Shown piece after piece: positions 9,601 to 19,177 of a stretch of 64,000 nucleotides of DNA. Location of the stretch: positions 57,946 through 121,945 of the forward strand of contig CAKSWY010000002.1 in assembly GCA_934513685.1 (NCBI GenBank), in the 5' to 3' direction. A model generated the notes under the pieces. It was not told where the DNA came from. It saw nothing but the letters and a program-made list of their open reading frames with translations, and searched no databases. How positions within the stretch are numbered: position 1 is the first letter of the stretch; every line of letters begins with the position of its first letter. A program made the translations under genes and the position numbers. This stretch comes from an uncultured Oscillospiraceae bacterium (GTDB taxonomy: Bacteria > Bacillota > Clostridia > Oscillospirales > Ruminococcaceae).

Positions 9601-9790
9601 TTCGCCCTCCCCCTCTCTTTTCTCTATCATGCCGCTTTTTGCACAAAATGTCAAGGGAATTTCCGGCCCGTTTTCAACAGTTCTAACAAGAACCTTCCGG
9701 CCGGTTCTCGATTTTCTTCTCTTTAAACCGTGCTTTTTGTCAAGGTATCGCCGCTGTTTTCCCGCCGGATTTAAGGGCGTGCAGCCCCTT

Positions 9791-9834
9791 CAAATTCAAA
9801 AAATTTTTTGAATTTGATCAAAAAACGTTTTGAT
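9791..9834. promoter_or_regulatory. Candidate LysR operator: perfect 26-bp palindrome plus an adjacent 18-bp palindrome in the lysR-ilvD intergenic region
   Basis: caaattcaaaaaattttttgaatttg (9791-9816) is a perfect inverted repeat fitting a T-N11-A LysR box. atcaaaaaacgttttgat (9817-9834) is a second palindrome. Confidence 0.4.
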
Positions 9835-9994
9835 TGTGTTTTTCGACTTCCTGCCTTACAATGACAGCAGATGAAGCGTTCCTCATCTGCCCGCACCGGG
9901 CAAATTTTCTTCGGTTTCAGGCGATTTCGGCGCGCGGCTTTCCCGTGTCGATGGAAGAAGCACCAGGCCCATAAAGCAAAAAGGAGTGTTCAAT

Positions 9995-11704
9995 ATGTCC
10001 GATCAGACTCATTCCAAGGATTCCATGCACTACAAAGATTGGCGCAGCGGAATGCTCACCAACGGCATTGAGCGTGCCGCCCACCGCGCCCTGCTGTACA
10101 GCACCGGCCTGGAGGAGCGAGACCTGCACAAGCCGCTCATCGCCATTGTAAACTCGTTTACGGAAATGGTGCCCGGGCACTTCCACCTGCGGGAGCTGGC
10201 CCAGTGTGTGGCGCAGGGCGTTTGGGAGGCCGGCGGCGTGCCGCGGGAGTTCTCCACCATCGCCATTTGCGACGGCATCTGCCAGGGGCACAAAGGCATG
10301 AGCTACCCCCTGCCCAGCCGGGAACTGATCGCCGACTCGGTGGAATATATGATCGAAGCCCATCGGTTTGACGCCATGGTGATGCTGCCCGGCTGTGACA
10401 AGATCGTTCCCGGTATGCTGATGGGGGCCATGCGGTGCAACATTCCTGCCATTGTGGTGCCCGGCGGTCCGATGCTGCCCGGCTCCTGCAAAGATCACCC
10501 GGTGATGACCCTGACGGATATGCGGGAGCTGATTGGCCAGACCCAGACCGGGAAAATGACCGTGGAGGACCTGATGGCCGCCGAGCAGACCGCCCTGCCC
10601 GGCGTGGGCACCTGTAGTATGCTGGGCACCGCCAACACCATGAGCTGCCTGGCGGAAGTTCTGGGCATGAGCCTTCCCGGTTGCGGCCTGGCCCACGCGG
10701 TCAGCGCCAAAAAGCGCCGCATCGCCAAGCAGAGCGGCTACCGGGTGGTGGAAATGCTGAAGGAGGGCCTGACCCCCCGCAAGATCATGACCCGCGACGC
10801 CCTGCGCAACGCCATTATCGTGAGCATGGCCATGGGCGCCTCCACCAACAGCACCCTGCACCTGCCCGCCATTGCCCACGAAGCCGGCATTGACCTTTCG
10901 CTGAAGGATTTTGACGAGCTGAGCCGTAAGGTGCCCTATCTGTGCAACATCAAGCCCAGCGGCAGTCATCCCCTCTCGGATCTGGAAGCCGTGGGCGGCG
11001 TGCCCGCCGTGATGAAAACGGTGGAGCCGCTGCTGGAGGGCAGCGCCCTGACCTGCACCGGCAAAACCGTGGCCGAAAACCTGAAGGATGTCACCGTTCA
11101 GGAAAACGATGTGATCTTCTCGCTGGCCCATCCCAAAAAGCCCGAGGGCGGTTTGGCCGTGCTGCACGGCAGCCTGGCGCCGGACGGTGCCGTGGTCAAG
11201 CAGGCCGGTGTGAAGCCCAGCATGCACCGCTTTGAGGGCAGGGCCAAGGTGTTCACCAGCATGGAGGACGCCTGCGAGGCGGTTTCCGGCGGGCAGATCA
11301 CCCCGGGCACGGTCATCGTCATCCGGTACGAAGGCCCCAAGGGCGGCCCCGGTATGCGGGAAATGCACATGGTTACCAGCCTGATCGTGGGCCGCGGTAT
11401 GGATGAAATGTGCGCGCTGGTCACGGATGGCCGCTTCTCCGGCTCCACCCGCGGCCCGGCCATTGGACATGTCAGCCCGGAAGCTGCCGCCGGCGGTCCC
11501 ATTGCCATTGTGCAGGACGGCGACCCCATCCTCATCGACATCCCCAACCGTCGGCTGGATCTTCTGATCCCGCAGGAAGAAATTGATTGTCGGCTCACCC
11601 AGTGGAAGCCGCTGCGCAAGCCCCGCACCCCCGCGCTGGATCGGTATGCCTCTCTGGTAAGCAGTGCCGACAAGGGTGCCATTCTCCGCGCACCGCAGGA
11701 ATAA
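9995..11704 (+). CDS. ilvD: Dihydroxy-acid dehydratase
   Basis: 569 aa from ATG 9995 (RBS AAAGGAG); conserved IlvD/EDD motifs (CDGICQGH, PGCDKIVPG, GGPIAIVQDGD). Confidence 0.92.
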   Translation: MSDQTHSKDSMHYKDWRSGMLTNGIERAAHRALLYSTGLEERDLHKPLIAIVNSFTEMVPGHFHLRELAQCVAQGVWEAGGVPREFSTIAICDGICQGHKGMSYPLPSRELIADSVEYMIEAHRFDAMVMLPGCDKIVPGMLMGAMRCNIPAIVVPGGPMLPGSCKDHPVMTLTDMRELIGQTQTGKMTVEDLMAAEQTALPGVGTCSMLGTANTMSCLAEVLGMSLPGCGLAHAVSAKKRRIAKQSGYRVVEMLKEGLTPRKIMTRDALRNAIIVSMAMGASTNSTLHLPAIAHEAGIDLSLKDFDELSRKVPYLCNIKPSGSHPLSDLEAVGGVPAVMKTVEPLLEGSALTCTGKTVAENLKDVTVQENDVIFSLAHPKKPEGGLAVLHGSLAPDGAVVKQAGVKPSMHRFEGRAKVFTSMEDACEAVSGGQITPGTVIVIRYEGPKGGPGMREMHMVTSLIVGRGMDEMCALVTDGRFSGSTRGPAIGHVSPEAAAGGPIAIVQDGDPILIDIPNRRLDLLIPQEEIDCRLTQWKPLRKPRTPALDRYASLVSSADKGAILRAPQE

Positions 11705-11754
11705 GCGGCCGCCACTCGCTCTGCCTTTCTCTTGCTTTTCCAGATAGAACAGCA

Positions 11755-11812
11755 CAAAAGTGCCCGGAATTCGGCCTATAAGCCGACATTCCGGGCACTT
11801 TTGCTTTTATTT
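11755..11812. terminator. Bidirectional terminator between convergent ilvD and the acyltransferase gene
   Basis: caaaagtgcccggaat ... ttccgggcacttttg perfect 15-bp inverted repeat followed by CTTTTATTTAT. Confidence 0.7.
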
Positions 11813-11830
11813 ATGCTTTGTTTTAAGGGT

Positions 11831-12865
11831 TCAGGCCGCACCGTCTCTGCGGCCGGGGTCCAGAATCCGGGCAAGCACTGCGCGCACCGGCCATGCCGCG
11901 GCGCGCAGCAGAACCGCCAGAACGCAGCACAGCGGTGCATACAGTACAAAGCCGAGCACCGGGCCGATGGCAAACCGTGCCATCACCCGCAGCCAGACCA
12001 GAATCAAAAACACATGATGCACCAGAAAAATCCCATAGCTTTCCCCCGCCAGCCGGTGCAGCCCCGCGCCGGCTTTGGCCGGCAGCCGCTGCCCCAGCCA
12101 GAGCAGCCCGCTGAACAGCAGCACCGAGGTCACCGGCCCCAGCCAGGGGGCCGCGCTGCCCTGCCACAACAGCAGCACCAAGGTCCAGATTCCCAGGTCG
12201 GCTCCCAGCCAGCCCCAGGTCTGCACCGTCCTGTTTTTCCACCCCCGGGCAAGGGCCATGCCCGCGCAGAACACCGGCAGACTGCCCAACATCGTGTGGC
12301 GGGCATTCCAGCCTGCCGGGCAGGCCAACGGCCAGAAGGCCCACAGGCAAACGCACACCGCCGCCAGCAGCTTGCGCCCCCTCGGGCGGCGCATCAGCCA
12401 GGCCAGCAGCGGGAACACTCCATACAGCAGGATCAGGCAGCCCAGAAACCACTCGCCGATTTTATAAAAGGTAAGGGTCCATTGAGAGAGGTAACCGTCC
12501 AGCCCCAAAACCGAAAAGAGCAGCCGCCACCGGGGAATTTCGCGGTTGTTCCCGTGCAGGATCTCCCCGTAGAAAAACAACGCAAAGAACCCCGTCCAGA
12601 ACATGGGGTAGATGGCCAGCGCCCGCTTTTTTGCATAGGCCGAAAGCCTTCCGCCCTCGCCCCACCCGAGCCACAGAGAAAACCCGGACGTGAGGAAGAA
12701 CAGATCGCAGGCAATTTCGATCCACCGGGCAAACTGCGGCGCAGCAGCAAAGGAAGGGGAAGAAAAGCCCGCTGTCAGCCGCTCCACCCCGAAGTGATAC
12801 AGCAAAATCAGCAGTGCCGAAAGGCATTTGCACAGATCCAGCCCCTTTATGATTTCTCGTTTCAT
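11831..12865 (-). CDS. Acyltransferase 3 family membrane protein (OafA/YrhL-like)
   Basis: ~344 aa from ATG 12865 (RBS AGGAG); multi-pass membrane protein with N-terminal MKREIIKGLDLCKCLSALLILLYHF typical of the acyltransferase-3 family. The six-frame ORF is extended upstream. Confidence 0.7.
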   Translation of the reverse strand: MKREIIKGLDLCKCLSALLILLYHFGVERLTAGFSSPSFAAAPQFARWIEIACDLFFLTSGFSLWLGWGEGGRLSAYAKKRALAIYPMFWTGFFALFFYGEILHGNNREIPRWRLLFSVLGLDGYLSQWTLTFYKIGEWFLGCLILLYGVFPLLAWLMRRPRGRKLLAAVCVCLWAFWPLACPAGWNARHTMLGSLPVFCAGMALARGWKNRTVQTWGWLGADLGIWTLVLLLWQGSAAPWLGPVTSVLLFSGLLWLGQRLPAKAGAGLHRLAGESYGIFLVHHVFLILVWLRVMARFAIGPVLGFVLYAPLCCVLAVLLRAAAWPVRAVLARILDPGRRDGAA

Positions 12866-13124
12866 CGCTGCTGCCAGCTCCTTTCCTACGCCTTCCCGGC
12901 AAAATCTGTTCTTTTCTATCCTACCAAATCTACCCGCAATTGTCACGGGGATTTGCGCGAACTGCCTGTAATTTTTTTGCCGGTCGTTTTCTACGGCGCT
13001 CCACCTGTTTATCATTTTCGCATTTTAAATGCAAAATCGCTGCAAAAAGGCGAAGATTTCGTTGACAAGTTCCCGTTATTTCATTAAAATAACCAGTGCG
13101 GGAATGGTAATTTTCATTCTTCCC

Positions 13125-13345
13125 GCAGGAAATGGAGGTGTGCTTTATGGACGATCACAGTCGAAGTCGCAGCGATGGGCAGGCAGACGCCCCGGACGGA
13201 TTATGCGGCGCGGCGGGTCCAAAAGCACCCGGCGTTTTCTGCATTGTTTTCTGAGTTTGCTGGTTCTGCTCATCGCACCGATGTATCTGTGGTCGGCAAT
13301 TTGCCGGTTGTGGAACAGGGGTGCTTTTTTTGCGCCCTTTTTCCG
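13125..13345 (+). ncRNA. Candidate Mg2+-sensing M-box (ykoK) riboswitch leader of mgtE, with intrinsic terminator at 13316-13345
   Basis: ~260-nt untranslated leader ahead of mgtE. It has an AGGTGTGCTTTATGGACGAT segment resembling the M-box AGGTGAGGCTCCTGTATGGAGAT core (compared from memory) and an AGACGC element. The terminator is GGGTGC-TTTTTTT-GCGCCC with a G-U pair, then TTTTTCC. Motif match was judged by eye. Confidence 0.45.
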
Positions 13346-13384
13346 AACATACCCTGATTTTTCAGGGAAAGCGAGGTGCGAATT

Positions 13385-14779
13385 ATGAACGAAGAAATGG
13401 TAAAATCCGCTTCTTTTACCGATGAAGTGGTGCGCCTTGCGCGCAGCGGTACGTCCGGCGCGCAGTTGGCTCAGCAGTTGGACGATTATCATGAAAAAGA
13501 CATTGCCGCCGCCCTGGAGCAACTGGATCAGCAGCATCGGCTGCTGGTTTATCACGCCCTGGGGGCCGAGCGCCTGTCGGAGGTATTTGCCTACCTGAAC
13601 GATGCGGGCAAGTACCTGCGGGAGCTGCCGGTGAAAAGCGCCGCTTCCATCCTGCAGGAAATGGATGCGGACGACGCGGTGGATGCACTGGAAACCGTTC
13701 CGCCGGAGACCCGGAAGGCCCTGCTGGAACAGATGGACAGCGAGGCCAAGGCGGATGTGCGCTTGATCTGCTCTTACGATGAGGACGAGATCGGCAGCCA
13801 AATGACGACGAACTTCATCCTCATCGACCGCCAGCTGACGGTGAAGCAGGCCATGCGTGCCCTGATTGCCCAGGCGGAGGAAAACGACAACATCTCCACC
13901 ATTTATGTAAGCGGCGAGAACGGGGTGTTCTGCGGCGCCATTGATCTGAAAGACCTGATCATTGCCCGGGAAGGCACCAGCCTGGAAACGCTTATCAGTA
14001 CCTCCTACCCCTACGTCGGCGCCCACGAGCGCATTGAGGACTGCATTGAGCGCCTGAAGGAATACGCCGAGGACTCCATCCCCGTGCTGAATGAGAAAAA
14101 GCGCCTCATCGGCATCATCACCGCACAGGACATTGTGGAGGTCGTGGACGATGAGATGGGCGACGATTACGCCAAGTTGGGCGGCTTGACGGCCGAAGAG
14201 GACCTGAACGAGAGCCTTCTGGTCAGCGTGAAAAAGCGCCTCCCCTGGCTGATCATTCTGCTGTTCCTGGGCATGGTGGTTTCCACCGTTGTGGGCCTGT
14301 TTGAGGGCGTTGTTGCTCAAATTGCCCTGCTGGTGTGCTTCCAGTCGCTGATTCTGGACATGGCTGGCAACGTGGGCACCCAGTCACTGGCGGTCACCAT
14401 TCGTGTTCTGATGGACGAAAGCCTCACCGCCCGCCAGAAGCTGGAGCTGGTCTGGAAAGAAATGCGTATTGGCCTGTGCAACGGCGGCCTGCTGGGTGTG
14501 CTGGCGCTGCTGTTCATCGGCCTGTATGTGTGGCTGTTCAAGGGCAAAACCATCCACTATGCGTTCTGCCTCTCCGGCTGCGTGGGCGTGTCGCTGCTGC
14601 TGTCCATGGTGATTTCCAGCTTTGTAGGCACCGCCATTCCCATGTTCTTCAAGAAGATCAAGGTGGACCCCGCCGTGGCTTCCGGCCCGCTCATCACCAC
14701 TGTGAACGACCTGGTGGCGGTGGTCACCTATTACAGCCTGTCCTGGCTGATGCTGGTGGAGATCTTTCACCTGGCCTGA
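13385..14779 (+). CDS. mgtE: Magnesium transporter MgtE
   Basis: 464 aa; N-terminal MgtE-N domain, tandem CBS domains and a C-terminal 5-TM MgtE channel domain (DMAGNVGTQS, VNDLVAVV). Confidence 0.9.
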   Translation: MNEEMVKSASFTDEVVRLARSGTSGAQLAQQLDDYHEKDIAAALEQLDQQHRLLVYHALGAERLSEVFAYLNDAGKYLRELPVKSAASILQEMDADDAVDALETVPPETRKALLEQMDSEAKADVRLICSYDEDEIGSQMTTNFILIDRQLTVKQAMRALIAQAEENDNISTIYVSGENGVFCGAIDLKDLIIAREGTSLETLISTSYPYVGAHERIEDCIERLKEYAEDSIPVLNEKKRLIGIITAQDIVEVVDDEMGDDYAKLGGLTAEEDLNESLLVSVKKRLPWLIILLFLGMVVSTVVGLFEGVVAQIALLVCFQSLILDMAGNVGTQSLAVTIRVLMDESLTARQKLELVWKEMRIGLCNGGLLGVLALLFIGLYVWLFKGKTIHYAFCLSGCVGVSLLLSMVISSFVGTAIPMFFKKIKVDPAVASGPLITTVNDLVAVVTYYSLSWLMLVEIFHLA

Positions 14780-14894
14780 GCTACCCGGGCCTGAATGCTT
14801 TTCTTTATAAACAAGCGATCAAAAAGCGAATTTCTGCAATACCTTACGTTTCCTATGTAAAACGCAAGGCATTGCTTTTTCGTTTCCGGGCTGT

Positions 14895-15659
14895 TCATTG
14901 CTCCATGCACACCGCCAGATGCCCAAGGCCCTCCTCGCTGGTCACCGCAAGCTGCTGCACAAAGCCATGCCGTTCCGGCGCAAGATAGCGGCACACCGCC
15001 TTCGAGTGGGGGCAGCGCCCGGCGGTCATCTGCTGCAAAAGCAGCGCCAGCTTCGCCTCCTGCTGTGCCGGGGTGGTGGTCGTTCTCCAAACCGCCAGGC
15101 ACGCCGCGCTTGGGGCAGTTCGGTCTCCCAGAATCTCCTGCCGCAGTGCCGTGACCATCACGCAGCGCAGCAGCACCCCGCTCAGATTGTAAAACTGCCG
15201 CCGGTAATCCGGGTCAAATCGAAGCAGGGTGCGCACTGCCAGAGACTCCGGGAACAACTGCAGAAACTCCTGCGCCAGTTCTTCCAGCCGTTCAAAATCG
15301 CCGCCGCATATCCCCTCAAAGCGGGTGCTCAAGGATTCCAGAATTTGCTCATCCGTCACCCGTTCACCGGCCTGAGCGCGGCAGTGATAAAACAGCGCAG
15401 CCAGCCGCTCCAGGCTTTCCGCGTAGGTCTGCCGGTCCAGATAGGCACTTTGCTCAAACCGCTTTGCCAGCTGCGGCAGAATTCCCTCGCCCCATTCCGC
15501 AAGGCCCTCCCGGTGCAGGGCCTCCCGCCGGGTTTCCAGCAGCTGAAGGGCCTGCGCCCCGGTCAGCGTCAGATCCGCTTCCTCTTCCGGCTGTGCCAGA
15601 AGCTCGTTCAGGCATTGCTGCTCATTCGCCTGCATCATCCATTCGTTTATCCCGTTCAT
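14895..15659 (-). CDS. Hypothetical protein (helical, acidic; no recognised domain)
   Basis: 254 aa; good RBS GGCGGAGGTG upstream of ATG 15659; no overlap with other genes. Confidence 0.5.
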   Translation of the reverse strand: MNGINEWMMQANEQQCLNELLAQPEEEADLTLTGAQALQLLETRREALHREGLAEWGEGILPQLAKRFEQSAYLDRQTYAESLERLAALFYHCRAQAGERVTDEQILESLSTRFEGICGGDFERLEELAQEFLQLFPESLAVRTLLRFDPDYRRQFYNLSGVLLRCVMVTALRQEILGDRTAPSAACLAVWRTTTTPAQQEAKLALLLQQMTAGRCPHSKAVCRYLAPERHGFVQQLAVTSEEGLGHLAVCMEQ

Positions 15660-15818
15660 TGCTGCACCTCCGCCTGTTTTTTGGTCTGCTCAGGATAGCA
15701 CAGAAGCGTCGGGAAGAACAGGCTTGAAATCCCGCCCAAAGTGTGATAATGCAGCCGGAAAACTTCACACATTCTTAAGGCATTCTGCCCGATGCAGGCC
15801 AAACTTTAAAAGATACGA

Positions 15819-15847
15819 TTGAACCCGCTTTACAATTCCGCTATAAT
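15819..15847 (+). promoter_or_regulatory. Sigma-A type promoter for the NSS transporter gene
   Basis: TTGAAC (15819-15824), 17-nt spacer, TATAAT (15842-15847), ~80 nt upstream of the ATG. Confidence 0.55.
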
Positions 15848-15927
15848 AAAAAAGCGGCCCCGATTGGAAATATTTTGCCGCACCACAGCCCGCCAAGCAT
15901 TCGCGGCTGTAAAAAATAGGAGAAAAC

Positions 15928-17310
15928 ATGAAATCAAACGAATCTAGAAGCACCTTTTCCGGCAAACTCGGCTTTGTGCTGTCCGCTGCCGGTGCCTCCG
16001 TCGGGTTGGGCAACATCTGGCGGTTCCCGTATCTGGCCGCCAAGTACGGCGGCGGTATTTTTCTGCTCATTTACATCCTGCTGGCGCTCACCTTCGGCTA
16101 TTCTATGATCGTGGCGGAAACCGCTCTGGGCCGCATGACCGGCAAAAGCCCCGTGGGCGCGTTCGCGTTTTTTGCAAAGCCCGGCAAGCGAACCGGGCCG
16201 CTGCGCTTCGGCGGCTGGATCAACGCCGTTATCCCCATCCTGATCGTCCCCTATTACTCGGTCATCGGCGGCTGGGTCGTCAAATACCTGTGCGAGTACC
16301 TGCTGGGCCACAGCCATGCGCTGGCCAGCGATGGCTACTTCTCCGGCTTCATTTCGGACGGTGCTTCCACCGAGCTGGCCTTTCTTGCGTTTGCACTGCT
16401 GACGCTGGGCATTATTTTTGCCGGTGTGGAGAACGGCGTGGAGCGTTTTTCCAAAGTGACCATGCCGGTGCTGGTGGTGCTCTCCGTCATCATCACCATT
16501 TATTCCGTGACCCGCCCGGGGGCCATGGCCGGTGTCAAATACTTTCTGGTTCCCAACCCGGAGAATTTCTCCTGGATGACGGTCGTTTCCGCCATGGGGC
16601 AGATGTTCTACTCCCTGTCCATCGCCATGGGTATTCTGATCACCTTTGGCTCCTACATGAAGCGGGACATTGCCATTGAAGATTCCACCCAGAACGTGGA
16701 GTTCTTTGACACCCTCATCGCCATGATGGCCGGCCTGATGATCATTCCCGCTGTGTTTGCGTTCTCCGGCGGCGACTCTGCCTCGCTGAATGCTGGGCCG
16801 TCTCTGATGTTCATCACCCTGCCCAAGGTGTTTGACAGCATGGGCTTCGGCTCTGCGGTGGGCGTGCTGTTCTTTTTGCTGGTGCTGTTTGCCGCGGTAA
16901 CCAGCTCCATCGCCTTGACGGAGAGCGCGGTTTCCACCTTCCAGGATGAATTGGGCTGGAGCCGCAAAACGTCCACCTGCCTGATGGCCGTCATTCTGGT
17001 TGCGCTGGGCACGCTCTCTTCGCTGGGGTATGGCCCGCTCTCCGGTGTAACGATTCTCGGAATGCAGTTTTTGGACTTTTTCGATTTCCTGACCAACTCG
17101 GTCATGATGCCCATCGCCGCCATTGCCATCTGCCTGCTGGTCTCCCGCGTTGTGGGGGTAAAGGCCATTGAGGCCGAGGTGCTGCACGGCGAGGGCACCT
17201 TCCGCCGCAAAACGGTGTTCACCTTCATGATCCGCTACCTGTGCCCCATTTTCGCCGCCATCATTCTGGCCAGCTCCGTCGCCAATGCGTTCGGCTGGAT
17301 CAGTATGTGA
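15928..17310 (+). CDS. Sodium-dependent transporter, neurotransmitter:sodium symporter (SNF/NSS) family
   Basis: 460 aa; SAAGASVGLGNIWRFPY signature and 11-12 TM helices. Confidence 0.9.
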   Translation: MKSNESRSTFSGKLGFVLSAAGASVGLGNIWRFPYLAAKYGGGIFLLIYILLALTFGYSMIVAETALGRMTGKSPVGAFAFFAKPGKRTGPLRFGGWINAVIPILIVPYYSVIGGWVVKYLCEYLLGHSHALASDGYFSGFISDGASTELAFLAFALLTLGIIFAGVENGVERFSKVTMPVLVVLSVIITIYSVTRPGAMAGVKYFLVPNPENFSWMTVVSAMGQMFYSLSIAMGILITFGSYMKRDIAIEDSTQNVEFFDTLIAMMAGLMIIPAVFAFSGGDSASLNAGPSLMFITLPKVFDSMGFGSAVGVLFFLLVLFAAVTSSIALTESAVSTFQDELGWSRKTSTCLMAVILVALGTLSSLGYGPLSGVTILGMQFLDFFDFLTNSVMMPIAAIAICLLVSRVVGVKAIEAEVLHGEGTFRRKTVFTFMIRYLCPIFAAIILASSVANAFGWISM

Positions 17311-17326
17311 TTTCACCTGACCAATA

Positions 17327-17375
17327 AAAAAAGGCGCTGCCCTGCGATGCAAATCGCGGGCAGCGCTTTTTCGTC
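17327..17375. terminator. Bidirectional terminator
   Basis: AAAAAAAGGCGCTGCCCTGCGA...TCGCGGGCAGCGCTTTTTCG hairpin with A-run and T-run flanks, between convergent genes. Confidence 0.6.
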
Positions 17376-17396
17376 TCTGCGGCCGGGGCCTTTCGT

Positions 17397-17693
17397 TCAG
17401 TTCTCTTCCTGGGCCGGATAATAGAGGTTGTTGGCCACAAACTCCAGTTTGTCTTTCAAAATCAGCTCCAGGTTGCTCACGGCGGAAACCATGTTCACCA
17501 CCGACTCATTCACTTCCACAATGCGGCAGAAATCCGCCGGTTCCTGGGCCAGCACCTTCTGGATTTTTTCGCCCTCCGCGTTGAGAATGTGGCTGAGGGC
17601 CGTCTCCTCCAGGGCAATGCTCTCCAGCAGGTCGGTCACCGCCTGGGCCATGGTAATCGGATTGCAGGGCATTGCAATAACAGGCATCGACAT
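17397..17693 (-). CDS. Small hypothetical protein (98 aa, helical)
   Basis: Strong RBS AAAGGAGGT 8 nt upstream of ATG 17693; no domain recognised. Confidence 0.5.
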   Translation of the reverse strand: MSMPVIAMPCNPITMAQAVTDLLESIALEETALSHILNAEGEKIQKVLAQEPADFCRIVEVNESVVNMVSAVSNLELILKDKLEFVANNLYYPAQEEN

Positions 17694-17864
17694 ATGAGGT
17701 ACCTCCTTTGTGTCCCGAATTCATTCGGTGCCCCATTTTATGGCATCCCGGTGGTTTTGGTTCCCCTATCCCGGTGCCGCAAAAAGCAAAAAGGGCGATA
17801 CCGCCCGGCAGCCTGCCTGGTTGGTATCGTCCTTTTGAATTGCATGATAAACCGTCTGCGCGGC

Positions 17865-18842
17865 TCAGATGGAAATGGTGTTGGCGACGTCGATCATCTT
17901 GGTGTCGATGGTCTTGTGCATGGCCAGTGCCACGTTGATGTCGTAATCCACGATCTGATCGGCCGACACAGCCACCACGCGGTTGAAGATGCCGCGCTCC
18001 AGAAGATACACAGCCTGATAGCCCATCTGAGAGGCCGTCACGCGGTCACGCAGGGTGGGGGCACCGCCGCGCTGCACATGGCCCAGAACGGTGGCACGGG
18101 AGTCAATGCCGGTGCGGGCCTGAATCTCGTTGGCCAGATCCTGCGCCGTGCCGGGCACGCCCTCGGCCTTCACGATGATGAAATGCTTCTTGCCGGTTTT
18201 CTGGGTGAAGCTCATCCGGTCCAGAATGTCCCGCTCCAGGTCGTAAGGCCGCTCGGGGATCAAGGTGGCAATGGCGCCGGTGGCGATGCCCACGTTCAAG
18301 GCAATGTAGCCGGCGTGGCGGCCCATTACCTCCACCACGCTGCAGCGGTCATGGCTCTGGGTGGTATCGCGCAGCTTATCCACCATCTCCACCGCAGTGT
18401 TCATGGCGGTGTCGTAGCCGATGGTGTACTCACTGCAGGCAATGTCGTTGTCAATGGTGCCGGGAATGCCGATGCAGGGAATGCCCAGGTTGGCCAGCGC
18501 GCGGGCGCCCTTGAACGAACCGTCGCCGCCGACGACCACCAGCGCGTCAATGCCGTTGTCGCGGCAGCACTGCGCGCCCTGCTCCTGGCCCTCTTTGGTG
18601 AGGAACTCCAGGCAGCGGGCGGTATACAGCACCGTACCGCCGCGATGAATGATCTCGGAAACGCTGCGCAGATCCATGTCCCGCATTTCGTTGTGAAGCA
18701 GGCCGTTGTAGCCGCGCTCAATGCCCTTGACCTTGATGCCCTTGCTCAGGGCGGTACGCACAACTGCACGCACAGCAGCGTTCATGCCGGGGGCGTCGCC
18801 GCCGCTGGTGAGAACGCCGATGGTCTTGATCTCTTTTGCCAT
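17865..18842 (-). CDS. pfkA: ATP-dependent 6-phosphofructokinase
   Basis: 325 aa; GVLTSGGDAPGMNAAVRAVV, GGDGS and MGR motifs; RBS TAGGAGGAG; dnaE-pfkA synteny. Confidence 0.92.
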   Translation of the reverse strand: MAKEIKTIGVLTSGGDAPGMNAAVRAVVRTALSKGIKVKGIERGYNGLLHNEMRDMDLRSVSEIIHRGGTVLYTARCLEFLTKEGQEQGAQCCRDNGIDALVVVGGDGSFKGARALANLGIPCIGIPGTIDNDIACSEYTIGYDTAMNTAVEMVDKLRDTTQSHDRCSVVEVMGRHAGYIALNVGIATGAIATLIPERPYDLERDILDRMSFTQKTGKKHFIIVKAEGVPGTAQDLANEIQARTGIDSRATVLGHVQRGGAPTLRDRVTASQMGYQAVYLLERGIFNRVVAVSADQIVDYDINVALAMHKTIDTKMIDVANTISI

Positions 18843-19177
18843 AAGACACTCCTCCTAAAAACGGGCCGCCCTGCTGGTCGGAACCGGTCGGCGGCTTACA
18901 GCCGCCCACCCCGTTCAACCGGCTGTTCCGGGGGCGTACTCTCTGGGCCACGGGTCGCAGCGCCGGAAGCCTGTCCTCCAGGGCTGCCGCTTTTCTCTGC
19001 CCATCGTTAAAAGTATATCACGCTCAGTTTTGATTTGTAAACGGTGGGAATGTTGCATGAAATCTCACTTTGTTGCACCTGTTTTCCCATCGTTCTGCCC
19101 ATTTCTCGCATTTTGCGTTATGGGGTTCTGTTTCCTGCCCTTCGGTTGCCGCGCAGCTGTTTTTGACGGGCGGGCAT

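Noticed and set aside
9917-11755. 612-aa minus-strand ORF
   Set aside because: Antisense to ilvD; no recognisable domains; typical GC-driven open frame.
13145-14320. 391-aa minus-strand ORF
   Set aside because: Antisense to mgtE (clear MgtE domains on the plus strand) and to the mgtE leader; no domain similarity.
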